DNA of 64,000 bases from contig CM082586.2 in assembly GCA_040954595.2 (NCBI GenBank), positions 11,935,337-11,999,336 on the forward strand. The letters are read 5' to 3'. Position numbers and translations under genes: made by a program. Under the pieces are notes generated by a model, which ran no database searches, had not been told where the DNA came from, and saw only the letters and a program-made list of their open reading frames with translations. This document shows, piece by piece, positions 38,739 to 52,600 of this stretch. This stretch comes from Balanoglossus misakiensis (taxonomy: Eukaryota > Animalia > Hemichordata). Position 1 is the stretch's first letter. Each line of letters begins with the position of its first letter.

Positions 38739-41713
38739 TTTGATGAATTTTCTGTCATTGCCCTCAGTGAAACATGGCTAGACCCAGGTGTTGATGCATC
38801 ATTATATAACCTCCCTTCGTACAACTTTGTTCATAAATGTAGAGCTGTTTCCAGAGGAGGAGGTGTTGGTCTCTATTTACACGAGTCGTTATCATACTAT
38901 ACCTATAATAGACTTAGTTGTTCTCCAACATTGCGAATGTCTCTTTGTTGAAATCCTACTTGAAAAAGCAAGGTCATCATAGGTGTCATATATCGCAGAC
39001 CAAATACACCTACTCAGGATTTTTTAACCAGTTTATCAGATTGTCTTGATAATCTACGCATTACCTACAAAAATGCATTTTATAAGGGGATTTCAATATA
39101 AATATAGATGGCGATAACACTGTCTTTAATGAATATATCGCTACTCTTAGTGGTAATAATTTTTATCAAATCATGGACGTACCGAACAGGACAACTACTC
39201 ACACCTCCACATTAATAGATCATTGCCATGTAAATTTTCGTAACCAGTTCATTGAAAGTGGGACAGTACAAACTGATATAAGTGACCATTATCCCATCTT
39301 TGCCATCTTTAAGGATTTACGTCATGTGTTCACTGTTGAAACAATTGATTTCAAGTGTGATTTTTCTTCATTTGATCCAGTTTCATATAAAAATGACTTT
39401 GCAAATATTTCTTGGCAGGATGTTTACGACTCTAATGATCTGAATGTTGCCTATAATACTGTCTACAATTGTTTCATGATATGGCAACAAGACACATGCC
39501 AGTCGAACGGTGTTCAAACCAGCGTAAGCGCTTACGGAAACCATGGATCAAAAATGACTTCTGGTCTCAATTAAAAACAAGCATAATATGTTCTCCAAAA
39601 CAAAACGCCATTCTGCAAGCTCATCTATTCATCAAGAGTACAAACTTTATCGCAACCTGTTAACAAAACTTATGCGACGAGCAAAAAAGAAGTATTTTTG
39701 TGATAAATTGCAACTGTCTGTAGCCTCTGGGAAGGACCACAAAAATGGCAAGTCATCAATGAAATCTTGAACAAAAATTCAAAGGTTAATGCTCCACAAA
39801 AAAATAAAAGATGACGAAAACCCTGGGAATTTTGTTACTAAAAATATTGATATAGTTGACACTTTTCATTTTTTTTGTCAACATTGGACAAAATCTAGCA
39901 TCACAAATACATTGTAGCGCTAATTTCAATGATTACCTTGGTATTCGTCATTTTAATTCTTTCTTTTTCCATCCTGTGCATTCTGGTGATATACTCAGAG
40001 AAATTAAATTATTAGACCATTGTAAAGCTGCTGGTTTTGATGAAATATATCCAAAAGGAAGGAAGCAGCGGGTTATATTACAGAACCATTTGCTCATATT
40101 GTTAATATTTCTTTGTCACAGGGTATTTTTCCAGAGAAACTGAAAATGGCACTGAGTAACACCAATTTTTAAAAAGGGTTGTGTTCATGAAATAGGAAAT
40201 TACAGACCTATCTCTGTCTTGCCAACCTTATTAGTAAGCTGTACGAGTCTATTGTAAATAAGCAACTGTGTTCTTTTTTTGAAAACAATTGATATTCTCA
40301 CTAACAGCCAATATGGATTTCGTAAGAAAGATAGTACTAAGTTAGCTTCAGCAGATCTCACAACAAAAATATCAAAGCACATTGATAACGGTCTTGTTGC
40401 ATTTGGTATCTTTATTGATTTTAAAAAGGCATTTGATACGATTAACCACACAACTTTGTTAGCTGAGCTATGCCACCATGGGATTAGGGGATCCACACTT
40501 AATTGGTTTAAGACTTATATATAAGACCGACAGCAGTATGTCAAGGTCAATAATTGTACTTCAAAAGCAAAAAGGATCTCCTGTGGGATTCCACAGGGAT
40601 CAATTCTAGGTCCACTTCTTTTTGTAGTATATATAAATGATATCAGCAGATCCTCAGACTATTATCAATTCAGGTTATTTGCTGACGATACCAATTTATT
40701 TTGTTCAGATAAGCAGGACAAAATCGATCTTGCCACTCTGAATGTTGAGCTAACTAAAGTACAGAACTGGTGTAAGTCAAATAAACTTACTATTAATATT
40801 GACAAAACAAACTATGTTATTTTCAAAACAGCCCAGGCGAAGTTTAAGCCTGAAGGGGATTTATATGTCTCTGATTTACGAATACAAAATGTTTCATCTG
40901 CTGTTTATCTTGGAGTTACTCTTGACTCATCATTATCCTGGAAGTCTCACATCAACATTATTTTTAAGAAGGTTCGCCAAAAATCGGTATTATTTCATAT
41001 GTACGCCATTATCTCCCTAAGTCTATAATTTTATTATTATACAATTGTCTTATCCTTCCCCATATAATGTATTGTATCGAAATATGGGGAAATGCATATA
41101 AAACCTATTTAGATTGTATTTTCAAATTGCAAAAGTGACTTGTAAGACTTATAACATTTTCTAGCCCCAATACACATAGTGCACCACTTTTTCAGCAACT
41201 TGGAATTCTTAATGTTTACAAACTCTGTAAATTTCAAACTTGTGTTTTTGCGTATGATCTAAAGGCAGGCATTATGCCCCCTCACTAGATCGCTATGCTT
41301 CATTTGTGTCACACAAATATTCTACAAGATTTGCCTCCACTGATAAGTTTATGCTTCCCAAAGTAAAACTTACTTCATCTCAAAATAATTTATACTATTC
41401 TATTGCCAAGCATTGGAATGAAATTCCTACACAAATAAAATCAATTCATTCAAGGAATTTATTTAAAAGCTCTCTGAAAATGTATCTATTGAGCATAGAT
41501 TAATTTAACCTCTGTTATAAACCTGTTTATTTTGTCACCGCGTTGTTTGACTACCAACTATTGTTCTGTGATATGAAATGGCAATTATATTAATTGTTTC
41601 AATGATTTGTATGTATTTAGGGACACGACTAGTTCCACTAAAACTACTTCCCTGGTCCGCACCAGTTATGTCAAATGCATCTTCCTGGTGAAATAAACAT
41701 CTATTTATCTATC
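38739..41713 (+). mobile_element. L2/Crack-group LINE, 3' part
   Basis: FSVIALSETWL, SDHYPIF, YRPISVL, SQYGFRK, DFKKAFDT, GIPQGSILGPLLF..YIND, LFADDT; ends in AATAAACATCTATTTATCTATCT. Confidence 0.92.
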
Positions 41714-43240
41714 TTTGGACTTTTCTGGCAGATCATCATGTATGCTGCAAGCTGCATCAGTAGGACACACAATCTGTACATTTTTTGGGAGTATTGATGA
41801 AGATATTGCGACCAAGCAGTGCCAACTCCACACACTGTTGTTGTGCCTTTCACATGCTACAAGGCAAAGTTTTGAAAATCATTAGTTTTCTCAAAAAGAA
41901 CAGATAAATGTCATCTGTACAAAACTTCCAGAAATCTCTCCAAAAATCTCTCAAGTGAACTCTGCACATTTTTTCTAAAGTTTTATTTTGGAATTATTAA
42001 AATTACTTCAAGAATTTAAGTAATACCATTCAGATGTATGGAGATGCCTGGGAATTTATGTTCAGAAATGGTATTTAAGATATTTAAAATTTTGAACTCC
42101 ATTTGAAGCTGATATCTAACAGAAAATATTAACAACAAATGATAGAGAAGGCAACAATTTCACAACGGTCTTTGCAAATTTGATAAATAGCTAAAAACAT
42201 AAATCTATTAATGGTTATACACAGTAATCATTTTGAACACACAGAGTCAAATTCACTACAAACTTTCAGATTCCAGGGTAATATAATGACATCAATTTCA
42301 ATAACATTGAAGTTTCATTAAATGCTTAAAATGCTTTAAAATTGTTCAATATGGCATGCACCATGCACAAACTTATGAGACTGATCAATGAAAATTAATT
42401 TTTTGCATAATATAATGAAAATGATAAAATCTGTCGTCAAATCCATGGGAAACTCAACTCAAAAAGTACATCACTGTCAATCTATATTATCTATATATTA
42501 TTGATCCGCCTCTAAGGAAAAATGTTTAAAAAGTTTCATGCAAATATACTACTACTGAACATGTAGACTGAGACTTATAAAAACTTCAAAAAACACTGGT
42601 AATTGAACAAGTGTATGTTAACAAAATTATGTGTTTAAAGGCACATAAACTGTAAATTTCAAATGATTTAATCATGTAGGTGAGATCATACATCACTTAT
42701 AAATGCATTTATAAATTAAAAAAAAAAAAAAAAAAAAAAACAGGTGGGTATCCCACTCAAATATGACTGCATTAATACTTGTATGCAAAAAGGAGTCATG
42801 TAATGTGGCACCACACTAATGTGCACACCCACAAACACATTTGACATGGAAATAATTTATTTTTACAATCTTGATAAAACAATTTGATGTCAACCAATGA
42901 ACGGGACACATGTAATTTAATGTTTTCTCTGTACTTTGTAACATGACTTGCACATTTTTGAAAATGGCAGGAAATTCACAATGGAATATAGATGACTTAA
43001 CTTTTCTGGCGTTTCTGAAACCAATATATTTTTTGCCACATTTAACGGCAACAACATTATCGTGAGTTGGAAATCAAAAAATAATTGGGAATTTAAGAGA
43101 ATATATTTGAAAGACAACATATTTCAGAGCTAGAGGTGATGGACCTTTATTAACACATTGATTAAATTTGAAAATACAAAGTACCAAAATTCCGGATTTC
43201 GTATGAAAAAATGAAAATGTAATTAATTGAACATTTTTAA

Positions 43241-43680
43241 ACCCCGGTGCGGGGTATAAAAGACCCCCCAAATCAGTGGCGAATCTTAATGCCGTTTGAC
43301 TGACAACAGACAACACCAACGATCTTGGCTCTATGAAAATCGGCCCAAACAGGTCCAAGAATAAAGAATTACACCACACAACGACAGTAGTTGGCTTTAT
43401 AAACACACACAACATAAAGTTATCGACGAAAAAGTACACGAGCTTTTGAAACAACGATGATTTTGGGAGAAATCTGGTTTCAGTGCTTTTCAGAAGCGTC
43501 CCTGGGAAACAATAACCACGCCATTCAAACAGTTGTCAATCGCGTGGAAGTGTGAAGTGTTCAATTATTTTCTGTGTACATGAGAGCAATTACACAGTCA
43601 TTTTGCACGACGACCACTCCCAAATAAACAACTATACAAACACACGTTAATCCGAACCCCAGGACTTTCCGCACCGGGGT
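43241..43680. mobile_element. TTAA-targeting MITE (Kolobok/piggyBac-like); the left-arm copy ~20090..20473 has lost one end
   Basis: TTAA|ACCCCGGTGCGG ... CCGCACCGGGGT|TTAA. Confidence 0.75.
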
Positions 43681-43792
43681 TTAACCAAAAATATAAAAAC
43701 ATTATTTTATTTATACATGTGTGGTAACTTATGTAAACTGGGCAGACTGAAGAAGATATCTGCCCTTATTGATCATACTATCTAAGTAAGTT

Positions 43793-44300
43793 ACTTAAGC
43801 AATAAGCCCGAGATTTGGGTACAATTCGAGACATATAGCGCGAGCTGTCAGGCGAGTCTATATGGAGCAAATTGTACCCAAATCGAGTGCTATTATATCA
43901 ACAATTGTTTTTGTGGCATATCAGTGTCATTTTCTTACCGAGACGGCGTCACAAAGAGAAATTATGATCGTGAACCAACATGGCGACGATGAATGTAAAC
44001 ACGAGCGGCCGGGATCGAGCATTAAACATGAAGCAGACGACAAAAAGTGACAAGACGGGCATCGCGCGTGGCAAAGTTACAAATATTTCTACAGAGCAGT
44101 TCCAAAATAAAACGATTAATTCAACAGTATTTTTGTTTTATTTAGTTGGTTTAAACACGCGCGGCTGTGGTTTAACCGCACATTTGTGCTGCCGCATGCT
44201 AGTTCAGGGGCCCGTTTTAGCACTGCCAGCAGTGCTATATGACTATGTTAGCATCGCTGGATTGAGCTCTCGTCCAATCAGAATTGCGGACGGTAGCATG
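43793..44300. mobile_element. Crypton(V)-like non-autonomous element (left copy ~19590..20078, end deleted)
   Basis: Starts TTAAGCAATAAGCCCGAG; internal inverted pair CGAGATTTGGGTACAATT / AATTGTACCCAAATCG; CCAATCAGAATT motif near the other end. Confidence 0.5.
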
Positions 44301-44401
44301 ATATACATGTAGTATAATTGCAGATATAATGGTCAGGGTCACAGAAAAATATGATATTCTAATCACAGGGATAGGGGAAATAGTTAAATAATATGAGGTT
44401 A

Positions 44402-44546
44402 TCGCCCCATATCACCTCTTGTGTTGGGCCATATTTACCGCTCGTGTGGGTTGTGAGCCGCATCACACGAGTCGAAGACGAGTGTGACGCAGCTCACAAC
44501 CCACACGAGCGGCAAATATGGCCCAACAAGAGGTGATATGGGGCGA
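44402..44546. mobile_element. Short near-perfect palindromic (Crypton-type) element, right arm only
   Basis: TCGCCCCATATCACCTCTTG..GGGCCATATTT.CCGCTCGTGTGGGTTGTGAGC is the reverse complement of GCTCACAACCCACACGAGCGG.AAATATGGCCC..CAAGAGGTGATATGGGGCGA. Confidence 0.6.
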
Positions 44547-44569
44547 AAACCGATTTATCATATGCCCAA

Positions 44570-45600
44570 ACACACAGACCTGTACGCAGAGCTATATGAA
44601 CCCGCTACTTTGACGAGCTCAATCAGCGGGAAATCAAGCGTTATCTTCAGGACAACGGTTACCCGGTCTCCATCATCCGTGGCAATGAGTTCCAGCTCTC
44701 CCGAAAATGCCTCACAGAAAAAAGAGTTGAACAAAAAAAACAGGGACGGGGAAATAAGCCACAAGCTGCCCAAGTGATTACTGATAAAGAAGAACAACTT
44801 TTGATTGAAAGAGGATTTGTCGGTCGATCGACTCCCGAAGCGTTGTTCAACGCAGTTTGGATGAACAACACCAAGATGTTGGGCTTTCGCGGTGGCCAAG
44901 AAAATCGGGAACTGAAATTGGGGGGGGGGGGGAAATCAAGCTCAAAAGACGGCCGACCACAAAGAATATCTCGAATTTAACGAAAGGGAGACGAAGACTG
45001 CAGATTTAGACAGGCTGGTGCGAAACCACGACCCTTCAACCCCAAAATCTTCGCCACTCCCGAGAAGCCAGACACATGTCCCATAGCCACATCCAAGGAG
45101 TTCGCAAATCGTCGCCCCGTTGAAATGAATACCCTAGACAGCCCCTTCTACTTGCATTGGCAATCAATTATTCGCCCTCATCAACCATATGGTTTAAGAA
45201 ATCTCCAATGGGAAAGAATAAGTTGGCAACAGTCGTCCAAAGTATGAGCGAGAAAGCAGGCATCAGAGGGGGAAAAAACAATCACAACATGAGAAAAACA
45301 GCCATCACGAAATTGTTGCACGCCGGTATTCCACCGACCCAAGTGCGACAGTTATCGGGCCACAGTCAGCTGCAGTCGGTCAACAACTATGCCACCGCCT
45401 CGCTAAGACAGCAGGAAGAGATGTCAAACATCCTCGCTCCATGTTCATCCAAACAAGTCGAAAATTGGGCAATTTCTGGTTCCGTCAGTGCAAGCACGTA
45501 TCAGATGGAAGCGGCGACAAGGGGCGGTATATTTAGCGACGCAGAGACATATGGCGGCTCGTTCAATATCTATGTTTCAAATAGTCCTGTTTCAAAATGA
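44570..45600 (+). pseudogene. Crypton (CryptonA/DUF3504-type) tyrosine recombinase, frameshifted; right arm only
   Basis: YEPATL, TPEALFNAVW..GFRGGQE, WFKKSPMGKNKL, NHNMRKT, LSGH and VNNYA give the R / H-x-x-R / H / Y catalytic set across ORFs 44484, 44774 and 45157. Confidence 0.88.
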
Positions 45601-46359
45601 CCTACATTACAGGTCCTATGCACACGTATTACATGTTCTGATTGGTTTATCCGCTTCTCTAAGGTCCACTTGCGGCTCGCTGATTGGAGGGACCTTATGT
45701 GTTAGGTCATATTACTATGTATTATTCACCAGACCTTGTAGGTTAGGTCTTATTACTATGCATTATTCACTTTACAGCTCCCTGATTGGTTAATGTGTAG
45801 GTCTGGTCCTCCAGTGTTCACTGCCTCATTATGCAGGACCTTGTAGGTTAGGTCTTATTAATATGTATTTATTCACCATACAGCTCCCTGATTGGTTAAC
45901 GTGTCAGTCTGGTCCCCCATGTGTTCACTGCCTCATTGTGAAATGTCCCAAGTGCTTCCTGGCTACCGTTGTGGTAACACATTATTAGGGATGTCCGCAG
46001 ATCGTTCATTGATTTTCTAAGAAATAGCCTGACATATATTATTTCCAACATAAACTGCACCCTGGAAAGATTAAATGATTTTTTTAGATGGACTTTGAAA
46101 ATCTGATTAACTCATCTAAGCACTTTAGCTAAGTTGTATATTTTTTTAATCACCCTCCTACTTCTCATCATCAATTTTATTATTGTTGTTATTACTTTTT
46201 AAAAGTAAATTTGTTTTGACGAAGATGTTGATTGTGATAAGGAACACGTTGTCCGTTTATACATTCGTATATTGTTTTAATAAAATGGAACTGTGACGGT
46301 GCAGCTTCGTGAAGGAAGTACAATAAAAGTAATCATACCTGTAAAGCAACTAATTATAT

Positions 46360-47340
46360 ATATGTGTGATTTGTTCGGATACTGTAGGCCTCCGGCCTCC
46401 TAGTAATCACAAAAGTCATACAAAGAAAAGTACAGAGGGACACTCAACTAGAAACAAGTACAATCAGTATTACACGGTTGAAAGTTCCTCAACAGTCTCG
46501 GAACGCATCTTCATGGCATAGTAGATAAATTTTGAAATATTGCGTACAATAGTTGTGTTTTGAGACTGTTAAAGCTGGGTAAATTTTTGAAAGGAAGGAT
46601 TTATGTAAAAATACCTTGGAATATATTTTGACCTTAACTCCTGATATAGAGGACACATCATACTAAAGTGGAACTCGTCTTCAATGCTTGTAGAATTACA
46701 ATATACACAAATTCTTTCTGAGCGCTCGTTACGTAATTTTCTATCTGATTCGATGCGTAGTGCATGCGCAGAAACTCTAAAACGACACATGGCTTCTCTA
46801 TGTGAATCGTTATCAATACATGATAAGTAATGCTCTTGCCCAAAGGTCATTTTGAAAGTACGATAACAGTCCATTTTGGGAAACAGACGTAAATTTGAAT
46901 ACCAATTCTGAATATCAATGTCTCGACATCTCTGTTTAAATAAATTAATAAAGTTAACATCACAACCCACACCTTGATTAAGCCAAGCTTCGCCCATACC
47001 AAAAGAAAACAACAAGGTCTTAACATCATAGGCCCAGCATGGTTTACTCTTTTCAGCTTCCTTATATTGGAAAATATAGCATTTTTGCACAATACGCTGC
47101 TGTGGCATTGAAAGCAAGCGCAGCCAATATTTGATAATCCTTACAAGTCTACATGTACGAATTGTAAAACGCCCCAGCTCACCCCTAACAGCGACAGTGG
47201 TCGCATTGCCATACAATCTCAAAATAAAACGACAGCATTTATTGTGTACTATTTCAATTTGGTCGGCCTGGTGGAAACCCCACACTTCACTTCCATACAT
47301 TAAAATTGGAAGGATTTTACTATCAAAGCAATAAAGCAAC
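46360..47340 (-). mobile_element. RTE-X-like LINE fragment (mirror copy)
   Basis: ORF 46569..47504 differs from the left copy at 2 amino acids. Confidence 0.85.
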
Positions 47341-49395
47341 GAATGAGGTATCCCAAAGAAATGCAATGCTATGCTAAACATTTCTATTGTAAGATATTTT
47401 TGGTTTGCTCGAATGAATAGCACACACTTCGTATTCAGCCAGGTGTTACACGAAGTGATGCGCTGAAAGGCATTACGTAACAAAACACTAGCCCATTTCA
47501 ACAAACCGCCACTGGAAATAAATGCGAAATTTCTCCTGGCAATTTTTATTTCGAGTATCTAGTTCACAATATCACATAAAATGCCATGAATAGTGAAGGA
47601 AAAGGTGAAATCAAATCATTATATGAGTGCCTTTCTAAATATACACTGGGATCGATCGCGAGCTTCGACCACGCGCAGGTAGCATGCCAGACAGAATGCG
47701 ACAAAAGTATTCAGAAAGTACAAAAGACTTTGCATAACAAAGCAGTGAAAACTGGAGACCTACACATTAACCAATCAGGGAGCTGAAAATTGAATAAATA
47801 CATATTAATAAGACCTAACCTACAAGGTCCTGCATAATGAGGCAGTGAACACTGGAGGACCAGACCTACACATTAACCAATCAGGGAGCTGTAAAGTGAA
47901 TAATACATAGTAATAAGACCTAACCTACAAGGTCTAGTGAATAATACATAATGATAAGACCTAACACATAAGGTCCCTCCAATCAGCGTGCCGCAAGTGG
48001 ACCTAAGATTACCAGATGGACCAATCACAGATGTCGGTACATGTGCCATGGACCTGACTTATGAAACAGGACTAATGCGACGTCGACGGGATCACCTTCC
48101 ATGACACAGCCCCCACCACCGCACAAACGCCCGACAGCCAGTTTTGGCTTATTCACGTGATGTCCGGTGCTACATGCATGTCATCGGCCGACAACTTTGT
48201 TTGGCCGGTTTATTATGTGACTTGATCACGCGACAGACGTCATTTGTATCAAAACCTTATTACAACTGCCCTGATTAGTTGATAAAAAGTTGCAGCTGGT
48301 CGGCCGACTTCTTCCTCAAAATAAACATACGTTATGAACGAGGATATATGGGCAAAGGTCAGTGTGACGTCATGAGATTCGACTCTGGAACTCACGCGAT
48401 GGATTTTGCCTGGTCGATGTACGTACGGCTACAATACAAATATTTCAAAGGTGGGTAATTTTTAACAATATTGTGTCCGTGTTTACGAGGTATTAAGAAT
48501 TGTTGGCAAGTGCCTCTCAGAAAACTAGTCTTTTAAATATTGTCTTCGCAAAAAACGACAACATTTATCAACAACATTTCCTCCGCACGCGGTTTGACTT
48601 TGAAACAGGCCTGGGCAGGCAGGAGCCGTTCACGATGTTTAATGTGTGTAATCGCGATCCTGTAATGGTTTTTGACTGTAGAAATATCCACAGACGCCGG
48701 CATCAATGTTGCGAAAACAGGGTTATGACTACAGTAAATAATGGAAATATGTACCTTCGTGCGTTTGAAGACGGAATTAGAAATAATCGACATAATATTT
48801 AATTTCTCATGTGCACTCTTCACCCGGCCGGGGCTGATGTGACTGTGTAAAAATATGTGTAAACTAAGTCAGTGTTGATTCTGTTCGGGTCATTATTCTA
48901 ATGTATTTATTTTGAATTAACTTGTGTACATTCAGGTAATCGTATGGATATGTATGGAAATACACATTAATTCAAGACAGTTATATCCCAGAAGTCGAAC
49001 CTTCATGTGTGTATTCAGTGAAAGGAACTCACAACATTATGTGATTTGATTTGTGTATGTGCTTGGGATCCAATCATGCTGTTGAGATTGCCTGGAAACT
49101 TGGGTTGCATGGCGTTTCAGTGAGTATCATTTATGCTTTATGATATTTTGCCGTATAATTTGTGGGTCATTTCAAGTACTAGTAAGTGATGATCAAATTT
49201 TACAGTTACTCTGAGGTAACCATTTAAAACACGAATTATACCAAATAAATGAATTTGCTTAGAATTCCAAACTGTGGGAGAGTTTGCATAATTTTTCGTA
49301 TGCAATTTTCTGATGGCAATGTATTTGACTGTAAACAAATATTGTCTTCCATTCGTAGCGCTATTTTGTCAGTGAAATGGCTTCATCATTATCCC

Positions 49396-49630
49396 TAGTC
49401 TCGGTTACCTAGACCCCCCTGCTTCTAATGTTGGGCACTCCAGAAAGAGGGTCTGGGGAAACCCCATAGACAAATCTACTGGCAAAGATGGCCGACTTGA
49501 GACAAAAGCGATGCATGATGGTCGATATTTATAACATTTGATATTTGAAGATTTGTCTATGGGGTTTCCCCAGACCTTCTTTCTGGAGTGCCCAACGGAA
49601 GAAGCAGGGGGGTCTAGGTAACCGAGACTA
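49396..49630. mobile_element. AcademH-like MITE, mirror copy with an internal ~160-bp deletion
   Basis: Same TIRs and CATTATCCC TSD; 235 bp versus 396 bp on the left. Confidence 0.85.
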
Positions 49631-52600
49631 CATTATCCCCCAACCAAAGTTGGAACAGAGTTAAATATGCACAGCTTGAAATTGTAAAATGTTGCAAAAT
49701 TGAGCCAACAGTTCGGTCAACAATCACGTTCTTACAGCTATTATTAGAACCAGACATTCTCAGGGAACAAGAGACATAGGCCTGATTTGCAAGCCGAGTT
49801 GGAAATGACTTTGCCTGCCCACGGACCTACCAATTTCAGTGAATCTTATTTTATTTAAATATGAAAATGGAGAACTATCCTCTGTTTTCTGATTGTTAGC
49901 CTGCATACATCATTATATGTACCTTGAGTGATTCCGGTTTATTTCGTATCCTGTGAATGGGAATTTAGTTACAAAAACCGGCGTTTCTCACAGTGCAAAG
50001 ACCTAATCCACTGGGCAACCGGGTCTGTCAAATTGATCTGATGCCTCTTCCTGGCCGAAGGATCACCAGTTGTATTTTCACATTGCATATAAATAGAAAC
50101 CCAATTAAATTATGCCATATGATTTTATTGACAATTGAAAGTTTCATAACTGTTAGTGTTAATTACAATACCTAAATTTCCAAATGTAAGAATGCTGTAA
50201 GTTTTCATGTGATTGATATTAATTATACATTTTCAAAATTTGCTTCTCTGAATTTTCACGTCTTGTCAGCCCAATTGGGCTGGTGAATATACACAAATAA
50301 ATCTTTAAAACATACTGTAAAATCATTATTCTATTGTACAAAAATATTTAGAAAGAAAGATTTTTTTTTATTTTATCCAATATATAATCGGCCGTCAACG
50401 CACTAGCAGGGTTACGTGATTCAAAAATGCATGCGAAACTAAATTTCATTGAACTACTGACTCAGTGATTGATATGTAAATTAGGAGCAGCCAATAAGCA
50501 CGCATTGGTGAACCCGACCTGACCCCGTCCACCGTACTCCATGCCCAGGCCATATGTTCACTGCGTAAGTGTGTCTAAATATAGCTCGGTTACATTTGCA
50601 TAAATTACAGCTTTGTTCATGTTCTTCTGAACTTTGTCTGATAGAATAAACATGAGTCTTATAAAAGTTTGAGTTTACAAAAATTTAGAAGAAAGTTTGT
50701 ACTCAGTGTGCCATCGAAGTGGGAAAGGAAAGATAATAACACTGTCAGGAGTCTACTACCTCCATGATGAACCAGAGAGCAATGACTATTTTAATTTATT
50801 TCAAATACTATGTTTACAACTGCTACATGTATGCTCCCATTAACTGGGGAAAGGAAATGATTGAACTGTCTGTTTATGTGATCCGGATTTTGTGATTTTC
50901 TGATAGATTGATAGTTTTCTGATAGTTTATGGACGACGCTGTTCTTCCAATGACTGTCCAGTACGTATTTGCACAATGTGAACCTTGACCAGGTGTACAG
51001 CACCCTCATGAAGCAAAGAGGTACAACCGTTCTCTTTGGTAACTTGGCTGCTATGAGTAGGTTGGTAAATTTTTGTCGCTCTTTGAAATCGCTCATAAAA
51101 GTGTTCAATTGTTGACATCCACTTCTATTATTGAGATGAAATGATGCATTAGTCTCTCAAGAACAGTCAACTGTAATAATTTGGAAGAGTGTTTAATGTT
51201 TTTGTGAGTTTTTTGAGCTTTTATTCAGAGTTGATGTAAGTACAATGAACAGTCACATGTGTTACAGTGTACTGCCATGGTCAAACAATACTTGGACATT
51301 TAGTTATTATCGCCTGTTGGAAATTTCTCTCGTAACTTCTACTGGTGCACCGATTTTTTTTTCTTTTAACATGCATTTCTCATACATTGCACTACTGGTG
51401 CGAATTGGTATAACAATACGGTGAATTGCATCACCAATATAGCAGTATAACACAGGATACAAAATCTAAGATGTCTTAGGATGTTTTTGAACTAATCAGT
51501 AACCATTTTCTAAAAATTATAGATCTGAAACTAAAATTCAGAATTTGGTCAGCCCTGGGAAATATATTGTGTGAAGCCATTTATGTGTGTGGGGCCATTT
51601 TTTATACTAAATTTAAAATGGTAATTAGAGCCCTTGGTAGAAGTTCTGCACTGAAAAAAAGTGTGAACTTGGCATGGGCAGGTAAAAGAATTGTTGGTAA
51701 ATCATTTAGCAAATTCCTGAATGATTGCATAACTGGCTACGTTTTGAAGAGACCAGCTGTTCTATTTAGTATATGTACAGTACATATGCCATTGGCAGCT
51801 TATGGGTTAGTCAGTGCTTGCCCATTGATCTCTCGCTATGTGTGTGTGTCTGTCTGTATATGGCCATGTACTCTGGTGTAGACTTTTTCTTGTGTAATCA
51901 CTCAATGGGACCACCATGTCCTTGACGCGATTTTTGCCATTTTTGGTCAAAAATCAGTTTCTCTGAGACTTCCTGTCAGATTGCTTTTAAATTTTGGTAT
52001 TCTTGTTCCAAGTGGTAACCCTCGTAATGTTGCATCATTTTGGTGAAATTTGTACATTTGTGGTCTTGAAGCAATTTTTGCAATTTATATTCTTTGAAAC
52101 CACTTGTTCCTTGTGGTGATTGAAGTAAGATATTGTACAATTTGTTGATATTGAATTTTTGTGGTTTGAGGCAGTTTTTGTCATTGTTGAACACATATTA
52201 TTTTCGCTGAAAATACTTGTCAGATTCCTTTGAAATTTTATTACAGTAGGTCATATCTGCTTGCCAATGTCACTTGTGATTTTTTTTTCGTGTACACACC
52301 TGATTTTGCGTAATCCCCAGATGGGTCCACAGTGTGTTATAACGTGACCAATATTTACTGGTAAATCCTGTATGTTCTACTTCTGGCAACTTTGAAATAT
52401 GTTGATGTTTGGGTTAAATGAGATTCTTCACAAACATACAATACAGAGTGTGTGGTACAGTCCATGGTCACATTCAGAACTACCTAGTCTATATCTGTAT
52501 GCTTTGCTTCCAAAACTAACACCTAGAGCCATGCATACCATTGGCCAAATAAACTGGAACCCCTAGCTGGGAATAGTGATGTAAGTAGTGTCCCTTTGAA

